A stretch of 64,000 bases of DNA from an uncultured Actinomycetes bacterium (lineage in GTDB: Bacteria; Actinomycetota; Acidimicrobiia; IMCC26256; PALSA-610), in assembly GCA_963708105.1 (NCBI GenBank), contig OY970186.1:4446060-4510059 (forward strand), written 5' to 3'. Under the pieces are notes generated by a model, which saw only the letters and a list, made by a program, of their open reading frames with translations, made no database searches and was not told the DNA's origin. Both the position numbers and the translations under genes were made by a program. Positions within the stretch are counted from its first letter, which is position 1. Every line of letters starts with the position of its first letter. This document shows, one piece after another, positions 1 to 9,978 of the stretch.

Positions 1-21
1 GACGCGTTCACAAGTGTCCCC

Positions 22-654
22 GTGGACCACGCCGCGCCGACCGATACCGACCCCGGCGCAGTACCCGCGCCCGCGCCACCGGACAAGCCGGCGCGGAACT
101 CGACCAAGACCGTCATCGAGTGGGTCGTGCTCATCGCGAGCCGCGCTCGTCATCGCGGTCTTCGTCAAGACGTTCTTGTTCCAGGCGTTCTACATCCCGT
201 CCGACTCGATGGTCCCGACGCTGAAGACCAACGACCGCGTCATCGTCAACAAGCTCTCGTACAAGCTGCACCCGGTGCACCGCGGCGACATCGTCGTGTT
301 CACGACGCCGAAGGGCCCCGACGGCAAACCGATCGACCCGACGATCAAAGATCTCGTCAAGCGCGTCATCGGGCTCCCGGGCGAGACCGTAAGCGAGAAG
401 GACGGACACGTCCTACATCAACGGCAAGGCGCTCAACGAGTCGTATCTGCCCGAAGGGCACGATCAGCGACTGCTCGTCGTTCCAAGCGCAGTGCTTCCC
501 GACCGGACCGCTGCCGGCCGATCATTACTGGGTCATGGGCGACAACCGCACCGAATCGCGCGACTCGCGTCAGTTCGGCACGATCGCGAAGAGCTCGATC
601 GTCGGCCGCGTCTTCGTGCGCATCTGGCCGTTGAACCGTCTCGGTCTGTTGTAG
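22..654 (+). CDS. lepB: Signal peptidase I (frame-shifted in this sequence)
   Basis: ORF 14..634 carries FYIPSDSMVPTLKTNDRVIVNK (S26 Ser box) and KRVIGLPGETV. The C-terminal box YWVMGDNRTESRDSRQFG lies in the frame of ORF 22..654. At least 3 frame hops (about nt 140, 405, 450). Confidence 0.85.
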   Translation: MDHAAPTDTDPGAVPAPAPPDKPARNSTKTVIEWVVLIASRARHRGLRQDVLVPGVLHPVRLDGPDAEDQRPRHRQQALVQAAPGAPRRHRRVHDAEGPRRQTDRPDDQRSRQARHRAPGRDRKREGRTRPTSTARRSTSRICPKGTISDCSSFQAQCFPTGPLPADHYWVMGDNRTESRDSRQFGTIAKSSIVGRVFVRIWPLNRLGLL

Positions 655-676
655 CTCCGCTTCGGCCTCGCGGGCG

Positions 677-1374
677 CTACTCCGCGATCCACTCGCTGAC
701 CGTCGCGACCATGCGGTCAGGACGGTCGCAGTAGACCGCGTCGATCCCCATCGCGAGCACGGCGCGGATGTGCCGCGCCTCCTGGGTGTCCCAGGCGAAC
801 GCCTTCACGTCGAAGCGGTGGAACAGCGAGACGAGCCCCGCGGTCCATTCGGTGTGGTGAAAGTTCATCGCGTCGATACCGGCCGACGCGAGGTCGAACG
901 CGTGGCGTTCGAGCGGCGGTCCGATCCGGCGCGCCGATCGGAGTGGACGAGCTTCACGCCGTGTCTCCGGGCGCAGCCGTTCCAGCAGCGTCGACGTCGG
1001 GGGAGCACACCCAGAGGCGCTCGAGGGCGTCGTAGGACTGCGCCACGGCGACAAGCGCTTCGGCGGCGTCCGGTGACTTCACGTCGACGGAGCACTCGAA
1101 CGCCGATCCCAAGCTCGTCGTACACGTCGGCGAAGCGGGGGATGCCGAAGGTCGCTAGCTCCTCCGCGGTCGTGGCTGAGATGCGGCGCCGCCGCATGCC
1201 GCGGGACACAACCGGATCGTGGGCGCAGACGACCTCGCCGTCGGCCGAAAGCCACACATCGGTCTCGATGCCGCTCGCCCCGGCCTCGAGCGCGACGCGA
1301 AATGCCGGAATGGTGTTCTCCGGCTCGACGAGACGCGCGCCACGGTGGGCGAAAGTGATGACGGCCACGACCAA
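677..1374 (-). CDS. Glycerophosphodiester phosphodiesterase (GDPD family), frame-shifted
   Basis: N-terminus in ORF 865..1374: FAHRGARLVEPENTIPAFRVALEAGASGIETDVWLSADGEVVCAHD. C-terminus in ORF 677..1054: AWDTQEARHIRAVLAMGIDAVYCDRPD. Confidence 0.8.
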
Positions 1375-1517
1375 TCATCGTGCCAGGGGATACGCGACGG
1401 TCGCGCGAAACGGGACACACGTCTTCGACCAGGAACCTCAAGCGGCCCCGGGGGGCTGCCGAAGGGTGTTAGCAGCCGCCACCCGGCGGTGAATGCGGGA
1501 TTCCGAGCGGACCAGGG

Positions 1518-1872
1518 ATGGGTGACGCGGTGACAACGATCCGGGCCAACTGCCCTAGCTGTGGAGACGTGCAGCTGACGGCTGACGACCTGACCGTCCG
1601 GGTCTGCGCCGACGACGAGCGTGGCTCGTACTGCTTCCGCTGCCCCGACTGCCGCCAGGCGGTCGCCAAGGAAGCCAGCCGGCGCATCGTCGACCTGCTG
1701 GTGTCGAGCGGCGTACGCATGCAGGTGTGGCGGCTTCCGGCCGAGCTCGAGCGAGTCGCGCATCGGCCCGCCGCTCACGCCGGACGACCTCCTCGACTTC
1801 CACCTGTTGTTGGCCGACAACACCTGGTTCGAGCAGCTGGCCGCGCAGGTGCGCCGCTCGCTCAACCGGTAG
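1518..1872 (+). CDS. Small zinc-ribbon protein of unknown function (one frame hop)
   Basis: ORF 1518..1925 starts MGDAVTTIRANCPSCGD...CFRCPDCRQAV (two CxxC pairs). The tail RIGPPLTPDDLLDFHLLLADNTWFEQLAAQVRRSLNR is in the frame of ORF 1621..1872. Confidence 0.5.
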
Positions 1873-2159
1873 GGTCACTGCGTGCTCTGGATCCTTCCGC
1901 TCGCACTGTGCTGTCGTCGGCCTGATCACGCTCGCCGTGCTCGCCGACCCGCGTGCGCCGGGAAGCTGACGCCGACGGTCGCGATGGTCGACCGCTTCGG
2001 CCGTGAGCACCGCGTCGCGCTTGACGACCGCGCTGCGAGCGGCTGCGGGACGAGACCGGCAAGACGCGGCGCCGACTCTCCGGCGACTGACCACGCGTCA
2101 CTGAATCGGGCGTAGAGCCGACGCGGCGGTAAGATCGAGCTCGACGGCACCACTTCGCC

Positions 2160-2558
2160 ATGAGCCTCGGACCCGAAAAGATCATCCTCATCCTCGTGGT
2201 CGCGCTGATCGTCTTCGGCCCCCAGCGCCTCCCCGACATCGCCCGCCAGGTCGGCGCGGCATGCGCGAGCTGCGCCGGATGCAGGACACTGTGCGCGGCG
2301 AGCTCGAGAACGTGCTGCACCCCGACTTCACGCCCCCGAACTCGGGCCTTTCGACGAACGAGTTTCGAGCCACGAGGTCTCGAGCCACGACGGTCTCGAC
2401 GCCACGAGGTGCCGACGCACGACGACACGAACCACGCGGCGCTGCCGCCGAGCGACGTTCCCGACCAGCGGCAGCACCCGGCATCTGACTTCAGCGGTGA
2501 CTACCCAACCGAAGACGTCACCGACGACGGCTTCGCCGGACCTCGATCGTTCAGCTGA
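2160..2558 (+). CDS. tatA: Twin-arginine translocase TatA/TatB-type subunit (frame-shifted, 3-prime end uncertain)
   Basis: MSLGPEKIILILVVALIVFGPQRLPDIARQVG is the TatA TM helix plus hinge. It continues as MRELRRMQDTVRGELENVL in ORF 2261..2488. Lies directly upstream of tatC. Confidence 0.75.
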   Translation: MSLGPEKIILILVVALIVFGPQRLPDIARQVGAACASCAGCRTLCAASSRTCCTPTSRPRTRAFRRTSFEPRGLEPRRSRRHEVPTHDDTNHAALPPSDVPDQRQHPASDFSGDYPTEDVTDDGFAGPRSFS

Positions 2559-2583
2559 CCGGCGCGCGGCGGGGACCTGAACG

Positions 2584-3357
2584 ATGAGCGACCAGATCGC
2601 GGACGAAGGGCGGATGACGCTCGTCGAGCATCTCACCGAGCTGCGCAACGCGTCATCTGGAGCGCGATCGTCGTGGTCGTCGTTCACGGTCGTCGTGTTC
2701 GTCTTCTACAACCCGATCTTGCACTTCTTCTCGGCGCCGTACGAAGACGTCACGAAGGGCAAGACCGAGCGCAGGCGTGCGGCACGCACCACGCCGACAA
2801 CCGGCTGCAAGCTCATCGCGACCGGCCCGCTCGAGCCGTTCCTCGTCCGGTTGAAGGTCTCGACCTACGGCGGCATCGCCCTCGCGGTGCCGTTCGTCTT
2901 CTGGCAGATCTGGCGGTTCGTCACGCCCGGCTTGCACAAGAACGAACGCCGCTACGGGATCAGCTTCCTCATCGCGATCGTGCGTGCTGTTCGTCGCTGG
3001 GCGGCGTCGTGGCCTGGTTCACGGTCGAGAAGGCGCTCGAGTTCCTGCTGGGGGTCGGGGGCTCCTCGATCCAGCCATTCATCACCGCCGACAAGTACCT
3101 GACCCTCGTCACGCTGATGATCGCCGCCTTCGGGGTGGCGTTCGAATTCCCCGTGCTCTTGGTCTTCTTGTTGCTGGTCCGGGTGGTCACGACCCGCCAA
3201 CTGCGCAGCGTCCGGCGCTGGATGATCGTCGGAATCACGATCTTCGCGGCGGTCATCACCCCGAGCTCCGGACCCGTTCTCCCTATTCTTCATGGCTGTT
3301 CCCATGTACATCTTCTATGAGATCGCAATCGTGATCGGGCGGGTGATGAAACGGTGA
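2584..3357 (+). CDS. tatC: Twin-arginine translocase subunit TatC (frame-shifted)
   Basis: LVEHLTELRN, LIATGPLEPFLVRLKVSTYGGIALAVPFVFWQIWRFVTPGLHKNERRY, FEFPVLLVFLLLVRVVTTRQLRSVRRWMIVGITIFAAVITPS are spread over three frames. The tail ...FYEIAIVIGRVMKR ends at TGA 3355-3357. Confidence 0.85.
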
Positions 3358-3364
3358 TGCAGCC

Positions 3365-3716
3365 ATGAGTCCCTCGCGCGCCGCAACGCCAGTTCGTCGC
3401 CGGCGCGGCCGCGGTCGGAGGTCGTCACCGCGGTCGCGGTGGCGGTCGGCATCGTCGTCGGGCACAGCTCTGCTCATCTGGCTCATGCGCCCGGGCACCT
3501 CGGAGTGCCCGGGCGGCGGCGGCATGCTCAACCGCCAGCCCCGGATGACGATCCTCGTGCTGCTTGGCCGCTGGCGCTGATCGGCGGGCGTGGTCATCTA
3601 CGTCCTGCGCCGGCGGCAAGCCGCCCCGATTCGGCACGCCGGGCTCCATCGCGATCGGCTCGGTCGTGGCGCTGATCGTGTGCGGTCGTGGCCGGGATCT
3701 TCTGGCCGGGGCGTGA
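3365..3716 (+). CDS. Possible small membrane protein (weak call, several frame hops)
   Basis: Hydrophobic stretches AVAVAVGIVVG / ALLIWL, PLALIGG..VIYVLRRR and IAIGSVVALIVC appear in successive frames between tatC and helY. No family recognised. Confidence 0.3.
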
Positions 3717-3899
3717 TCCGTGAGCACTGTCCCAAGGCCGCCCCGGTCGAGCACCCGTGACACGACCCCGGTGTCGGTACCCTCGAGCACGCCGGCCAGT
3801 CCACACCGGCCACGACCGCGAAGACGGGTAGCAGCGTGACCGGACCACGACACCTTCCAGCGACACGAGCACGCCGACCACGCCGACCACCAAGGCCGG

Positions 3900-6544
3900 G
3901 TGACCGCCGCCGAGATCCGGGCGGCGTTCACGGCGGAGCGGCCGTTTCCGCTGGACCAGTTCCAGTCGAGCGCGCTCGACGCGCTCGACGCGGGGCGTTC
4001 GGTGCTCGTCGCCGCGCCGACCGGCTCGGGCAAGACGCTCGTGGCGGAGTACGCGATCGCCCGCGCTCTGGCCGCCGGGGCGAAGGCCTTCTACACGACA
4101 CCGTTGAAGGCGCTGTCGAACCAGAAGTACGGCGACTTCGTGCGCGGCGTACGGCGCGGACCGGGTCGGCCTGCTGACCGGCGACAACGCGATCAACGGC
4201 GACGCGCCGGTCGTGGTGATGACGACCGAAGTGCTGCGCAACATGATCTACGCGGGCTCGCACGCGCTGCGAGGGCCTGCGCTACGTCGTGCTCGACGAG
4301 GTGCACTACCTGCAGGACCGCGCCCGCGGCGCGGTGTGGGAGGAGGTCATCATCCACCTCCCGCCGAGATCGACATCGTCGCGCTCTCCGCGACGGTGTC
4401 GAACGCGGAGGAGGTGGCGGCGTGGATGCAGACGGTGCGGGGCGCGACCGAGACCGTCATCGAAGAACGCCGTCCGGTCGATCTCGTCCACCTGTACCTG
4501 GTCGGCGACCGCAGCGCGCCGAGCCTGCACCTCCTGCCCACCTTCGTCGACCACGACGGCGAATCGCGCCCGAACCCGGTGGCGACGCGGCTCGACGGGC
4601 GCAACGTGCCCGACCGCGGCCAGCGCCGGCGCCGGCTCTACAAGCCGTGGCGGACCGAGGTCGTCGAGCGGCTCGCCGAGGAACGGATGCTCCCCGCGAT
4701 CGCGTTCGTGTTCTCGCGCACCGGGTGCGACCAGGCCGTCGAGCAGTGCCTCGCCTCGGGCGATCCGGCTGACCGACGCCGACGAGCGCCGCGCGCTGCG
4801 CGCGATCGCGGAGCGCCACGTCGAGGCGTTGTCGGACGACGACCTCGACGTCTTGGGCTACGACATGTGGCTCGCGGGGATGGAGGCGGGGGTCGCCGCG
4901 CACCACGCCGGGCCTCGTGCCGCCGATGAAGGAAGCGGTCGAGGAGGGATTCTCGACGGGGCTGCTGAAGGTCGTGTTCGCGACCGAGACGCTCGGCGCT
5001 GGGCATCAACATGCCCGCCCGGTCGGTCGTCATCGAGAAGCTCTCGAAGTTCACCGGCGAGCATCACGAGTTCCTCACTCCGGGCGAATACACCCAACTC
5101 GCCGGGCGCGCCGGACGGCGGGGGATCGACGAGGTCGGCTACGTCGTCGTGCTGTGGGATCCGTTCGTGCCCTTCGACCAGGTCGCGGGGCTCGCGTCGC
5201 GGCGCACCTACGCGCTCACGTCGTCGTTCCACCCCACGTACAACATGGCGGCGAACCTCGTGCAGCGGTATCCGCCGCAACAGGCGCGCCATCTGCTGAA
5301 CCTCTCGTTCGCGCAGTTCCACGCCGACCGCGACGTCGTGGCGGTCGAACGCAATCTCGAGGTGCGAGCGCGAGCAGCTGGCCGAGGCCGAGGCGGCCGC
5401 GACGCACCCGGCCGGCGACGTGCACGAGTACCGGCGCCTGCTCGCCGACGCTCGACGCCGCCCGGCGGGCCGCGCACGGTCCGAACGATCACCGGGTTCG
5501 AGACGCTGCGGCCCGGCGACGTGCTGATCGTGCCCAAACGGGGCGGCAAGGTCGTGGTGTTGAAGCAGGAGCGGGGGAGCGGGCCGACCAGCGGGTGCTC
5601 GTCCTGACCCAGGGCAAGTCGCTCGTGCGGCTCTCGGCCCGCAGGACTTCCGCGGGCCAGCTCCGCAAGGTCGCGACGATCGACCTGCCCCGCCCGTTCG
5701 CGCCCCGCAGCCAGTCGTTCCAGAAGTCGGTCCGCCGAGACGTTGCGGCGGCTGAAGATCGCCGACGCCGAGCTCCCGGTCGACACCGACGGCGACGTCG
5801 AGGAGCTGCAAGCCGAAGATGGCGCGCGCACCCGTTGCACGATGCTCCCGGCGCCGACGTCGCGTTGCGCGCCGCGTGGCAGGCCGACCGGATCGCCCGC
5901 GACATCGCCCGGCTGGAACGCCAGGTGTCGTCGCGCAACGAGAGCCTGGCCCGCCAGTTCGACCGTGTGCTCGGCGTGCTGCGCACCTGGGGCTACGTCG
6001 AGGAGTGGACGCTCACCGACGCCGGCCGCCTGCTCACCCGGCTCAACAGCGAGGGCGAGCTGGTGGTGGCCGAGGCGGTGCGCGAAGGTCGGCTCGACGG
6101 GATCGATCCCGCGACGATGGCCGCGGTCGTGTCGTGCTTCACCTTCCAGCGCCGCGGGCCCGACAGCAACGAGCCGCATGCCGCCGCGGCGCTGGCCGAA
6201 CCAGGAGGTGGCGCGGCGCAGCCGCGCCCTCGACGGCGTGTGGCGCGACCTGCATCTCGCCGAACGGGAGGCCCGTCTGCCCGAGACCCGGCGACCCGAT
6301 CCCGGGCTTCACCGCCGCGATCTACGCGTGGGTGAAGGGCGAGGACCTGGCCGACGTGCTCGAGGACGAGGAGATGACGGGCGGCGACTTCGTCCGCAAC
6401 GTCAAGCAGACGATCGACCTCCTGCGCCAGATCGCCGACGTGGTGCCGAACGCGGAGACGGCCGCGACGGCCCGCGCCGCGGCCGACCTGTGCCTGCGGG
6501 GCGTGATCGCCGCGTCGAGCATCGTGAAGGCGCCGGCCGCGTGA
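3900..6544 (+). CDS. helY: Ski2-like DEAD/DEAH-box RNA helicase HelY (heavily frame-shifted)
   Basis: [15 protein letters not shown] (Walker A), [11 protein letters not shown] (DEVH box), [52 protein letters not shown], and the C-terminal [19 protein letters not shown]. At least 10 frame hops traced. Confidence 0.9.
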
Positions 6545-6564
6545 TCCGGTGAGCTGGTGACCGC

Positions 6565-7233
6565 GTGATCAAGCCGGGGGAGGAGTGGGGGACGCCCGAC
6601 GTCGCCGCCGCCCGATCTCGAGGTCGGACGGGAGCGACGCCGATCTCGCCGCGGCGGTCCGAGCCGCACCGGGCGCGCTCGTCCGCTTCCGGCCCGAGCC
6701 GGCGTCGGACTTCGCGGGCGCGGTCGGCCTCGGCGCGGCGCCGTCGGGCCTCGGCGTCGAGGTGGCGCTCGACCTCCTGCGCCTCGACGGCGAACCGGCC
6801 CGCACCGCGGTGAACATGGTCGTCTCGGCACCCCGCCCTTCGCGACTCGTCGCGACGAATCGTTCGACGATTCGTCGCAACGGTGCGCGTCGACGGTCGG
6901 CCGGTGTTCGACGGGCGAGTGCACCGGCGATCGTCATCGCGACCGGCCAGTTCCGGCAACGGGCTCGATCTCGTCCCCCGGGGACACCCCGGCGACGGCC
7001 GGGCCGAGGTCCAGGTGTACGCCGTACCCGCCCGCGAACGGCGCCAGCTGCGCGCCCGCCTCGCCACCGGCACCCACGTTCCGCACCCGAACGATCACCC
7101 AACGCTCGGGCGCCCACGTGAGGTCAGCGTCGACCGCCGCGTCGCCGCTCGAGGTCGACGGCCAGCCCGCGCCCACCGACCGATCGACCTCGACGTCGAG
7201 GTCGTCCCGAACGCCTATCCGCCTCCTCCTCTG
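6565..7233 (+). CDS. Hypothetical protein downstream of helY (frame-shifted, end uncertain)
   Basis: Coding-like sequence VIKPGEEWGTPD..., GSDADLAAAVRAAPGALVRF..., VRVDGRPVFDGR..., GNGLDLVPRGHPGDGRAEVQVYAV. The last block resembles the C-terminus of DAG-kinase-like proteins. The in-frame ORF runs on through the palindromic repeat, so the true stop is unclear. Confidence 0.45.
6849..6881. repeat. Family-B palindrome (GTCGCGACGAATCG TTCGA CGATTCGTCGCAAC), copy 1, inside coding-like sequence
   Basis: 14-nt arms with one mismatch around a 5-nt centre. 28 of 35 hand-aligned positions are identical to the palindrome at 18783-18823. Confidence 0.6.
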
Positions 7234-7235
7234 AC

Positions 7236-7308
7236 CGGGAATCCCCCGCAACAGTTGGCAGGAAAACCAGCGCCACGCGCCAGTTTCCCTGCCAACTGTT
7301 GGGGGCAA
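7236..7308. repeat. Family-A long palindromic repeat, copy 1 (REP/terminator-like hairpin)
   Basis: CCCCCGCAACAGTTGGCAGGAAAACCAGCGCCACGCGCCAGTTTCCCTGCCAACTGTTGGGGG; the arms are reverse complements around a CAC centre at 7274-7276. A 43-nt core is 41/43 identical to 44974-45016. Confidence 0.8.
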
Positions 7309-7358
7309 TGTGGGGTGCGCGCCGGTTGACGCGAACCGTCGCTACCATCGCCAGTCCC

Positions 7359-8965
7359 ATGCTCTACGCGCCGGAGACGTTCACCGACAGCGAAGCGGAT
7401 CGCCTTCGGCCGTATTTCACGAATCTCGACGGGCCGGTCTTCGCCCTGACCAACCTGCCCGAGGTCGTGAAGGGCGCGTTGTTCGCCCGTTACTCGCGCT
7501 CCGACAAGAGCTTGCGCCGGTTGTTCCTCGACGAGTTCGTCGGCGATCTCGACCTCACCGGCGACCTCACCGTCGACGCAACCGTCGGCCTGAAGCGCGC
7601 CGAAGATCTCTACGAGCGCGTCTTCCTCGAGTACGGCGACGACTCCGTCGCTCAACTCGGCGGGGTGCACCTCGCGTGCGAACAGGCATCGAACCTGCTC
7701 ACGAAGGTCCTCGAGTGGGGCCGCCTGATGGCGTACCTCGAACAGTCGACGCGCTACATCCCGTACGACTCGCGCCTGCAGGGCCGCTACCGGTACCTGC
7801 GCCCGTCGCAGGTGTGCTCGTCGCCGTTGGGCACCCGCTACATCGCCGACCTCGACGCGATCTTCGACACCTACAGCGCGGCGCCTGCCCGCGATGATGG
7901 ACTGGGCCCGCGAGGAATACCCGAAGCAGCCGGGCGACTCCGACTTCGTCTACAAGCAGACGATCAAGGCCAAGGCGTGCGACACGCTGCGCGGCCTGCT
8001 GCCCGCGGCAACGCTCTCGAACGTCGGCATCTACGGCACCGGTCAGGCGTTCGAGGCGCTTGCTGCTGCGCATGCGCGCCCACCCGCTGCCCGAAGTCGC
8101 AGATGTACGCCCAGCTGATGCTCGACGAGCTCCGCAAGGTCATCCCGTCGTTCCTCGTCCGGGTCGACCGGCCCGAACGTGGCGGTGCGTGGTCGGAGTA
8201 CCTCGCCGCCACCCGCGACGACACGCACGCGATCGTGCAGCGCCTCTTCGGCGACGAGCGGCCGGAACCGACGAACGAGGTCAGCCTCCTCGACTGGGAC
8301 CCCGACGGCGAAGACAAGGTGCTCGCCGCGATCTGTTACTCGCACACGCGGCTTCCCGAAGCGCAGCTGCTCGAACGGGTGCGCATGCTTGTCGGCCGAC
8401 GATCGCGTCGCGTTGTTGCGCGCGTACGTCGGCGAGCGTGTCGAACCGTAGGCACAAGCCCGGCCGCGCGTTCGAACGGACGAACTACCGCTTCGACATG
8501 CTCGGCGACTACGGCGCGTTCCGCGATCTGCAACGGCACCGGATGCTGACGATCGAGTGGCAACAGCTCACGCCGCACCACGGTTACGAGATGCCCGCAC
8601 CTGTCCGCGACGCCGGGCTCGCTCACCGCTACGACGAAGCGATGGAACGTTCGGCCGGTCTGTACGCCGCGCTCGTCGAACCGTTCCCCGAGCAGGCCGC
8701 GTACGCGGTTTCGCTCGGCTATCGCATGCGCTACGTCATGCAGATGAACGCGCGCGAGGCAATGCACCTGTGCGAGCTGCGTAGCTCACCGCAAGGTCAC
8801 CCCACGTATCGGCGCGTCGCGCAGGAGATGCATCGTCAGATTGCCGAACGCGCGGGACATCGCGCGATCGCCGAAGCGATGCGCTTCGTCGACCACGGAA
8901 CGTACGATCTCGAGCGTTTGGACGCGGAGCGCGCGGCTGAGATGCGACGCGCGTTACCAAGTTGA
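7359..8965 (+). CDS. thyX: FAD-dependent thymidylate synthase, long (about 530 aa) ThyX form, frame-shifted
   Basis: N-terminus MLYAPETF...VVKGALFARYSRSDKSLRRLF. The C-terminal half has GDYGAFRDLQRHRMLTIEWQ (ThyX RHR motif) and MNAREAMHLCELRSSPQGHPTYRRVAQEM. Confidence 0.75.
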
Positions 8966-8994
8966 ACGGATGTCGAAATTTTCGCTGAATCGTT

Positions 8995-9024
8995 GACCAG
9001 CAGCGACGCGCGTCGGTGCTGGTC
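8995..9024 (+). terminator. Hairpin 30 nt after the thyX stop (candidate intrinsic terminator)
   Basis: GACCAGCAGCGACG CG CGTCGGTGCTGGTC: 14-nt arms with one mismatch, followed by ACCGCGTTTCGCTTCCGCTT (only a weak T tract). Confidence 0.45.
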
Positions 9025-9488
9025 ACCGCGTTTCGCTTCCGCTTGACATCGTTGCGCGCGTTGAGGCTGACTACTCCCCGCCCTCGGTCTCGGTGTCGAC
9101 GACCCAGGCTGCGCCAGCCGGAGCTCGCCGGTCCGTGCTGCAGAGGGGGCGAGGCGTTAACGAAGGGGTTGGGCGGTCGTCCGGGAGTCCTCGTTAGAGA
9201 ACGTTGCGATAACCCGTCTGCCGTGTGCAGGCCGGGCCACCCAGCGGCCCCAACGGGCGCTCGAGCGGTCCGCCCACCCCTTTGCCCATCCCACCCGGCC
9301 GGCCCGACCCGGCTCTCCCCGGGCGGTTCTGGGGCCCCGTCCCGGCGCCCTAGGTTGGTCACCGAACCCCCGCTCCGCGGCGTTATACTCCGCGCCCCCA
9401 AAGGGGCGACGTGAGCGGGAAGGATTGTCGCCACCCGACGGTTACATGCCTGCTCACCGATCCATCCCCCCGCAAAAAGGCACCCTGA

Positions 9489-9949
9489 ATGAGTGACGAC
9501 GACTTCGAGGACGAGCCCACGCTCGACGAAGAAGATCTCGACGAGGACGTTCTCGAGGAGGACCTCGCCGAAGACGACGACCTCCTCGACGACGAACTGG
9601 TCGACGAAATAGACGAAGACGTCGATCGTGGTCCCGGTTCCCGGCGCGCTCGTCGAGCCCGCGCGAACCGGCGGCCGAGGACGAAGAGGACGACGTCGTC
9701 GACCTCGACGAGGAACTGCACCCCGACGACGTCGAGGAAGCCCTCGACGTGGTGCTGCGCGAGCGCACCGTCGCCCAGGGACTCGAAGAGGAAGACGAAG
9801 AAGACGACGAGCCCGACGACCGCGGCGAGACCGGCACGAAGATCGTGCCCCGCCGCGAGAACGAGTTCCTCTGCAAGAGCTGCTTCCTGGTGCTCCCTCG
9901 CCACCAGCTCGCAGACGAGAAGCGCATGATCTGCCGCGACTGCGCGTGA
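9489..9949 (+). CDS. DUF4193-type acidic protein with C-terminal zinc ribbon (frame-shifted)
   Basis: Acidic N-terminus MSDDDFEDEPTLDEEDLDEDVLEEDL. C-terminus (ORF 9749..9949): KIVPRRENEFLCKSCFLVLPRHQLADEKRMICRDCA. Confidence 0.7.
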
Positions 9950-9978
9950 GACGACCGCGACCCGCGACGGTCGCACGG

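Noticed and set aside
1882-2115. A possible small membrane protein between the zinc-ribbon gene and tatA (VLWILPLALC...VVGLITLAVLADP across two frames).
   Set aside because: Only one short hydrophobic stretch, no recognisable family, and it needs an assumed frame hop. The evidence is too weak to list as a feature.
7236-7308. A shared peptide (QQLAGK..PRASFPAN) at the C-termini of ORFs 6883..7329 and 44098..45039, considered as a conserved protein tail or sorting signal.
   Set aside because: The same DNA is a palindrome that also reads open on the other strand. At the second copy the real gene ends at TGA 44960-44962 in another frame. The peptide is a by-product of the DNA repeat.
7359-8965. 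The double-length ThyX as a novel enzyme.
   Set aside because: ThyX proteins of about 530 aa are already known (for example the chlamydial form, as I recall), so length alone is not novel.
9025-9488. RNase P RNA, tmRNA or SRP RNA in the large non-coding gap.
   Set aside because: I found no GGAAAGUCC (RNase P P4) box, no GGGG...UCCACCA tRNA-like ends, and no SRP GGAAG...GCAGC helix-8 motif on either strand. Only a vague GAGGACTCCCGG resemblance was seen. The region is left as unassigned.
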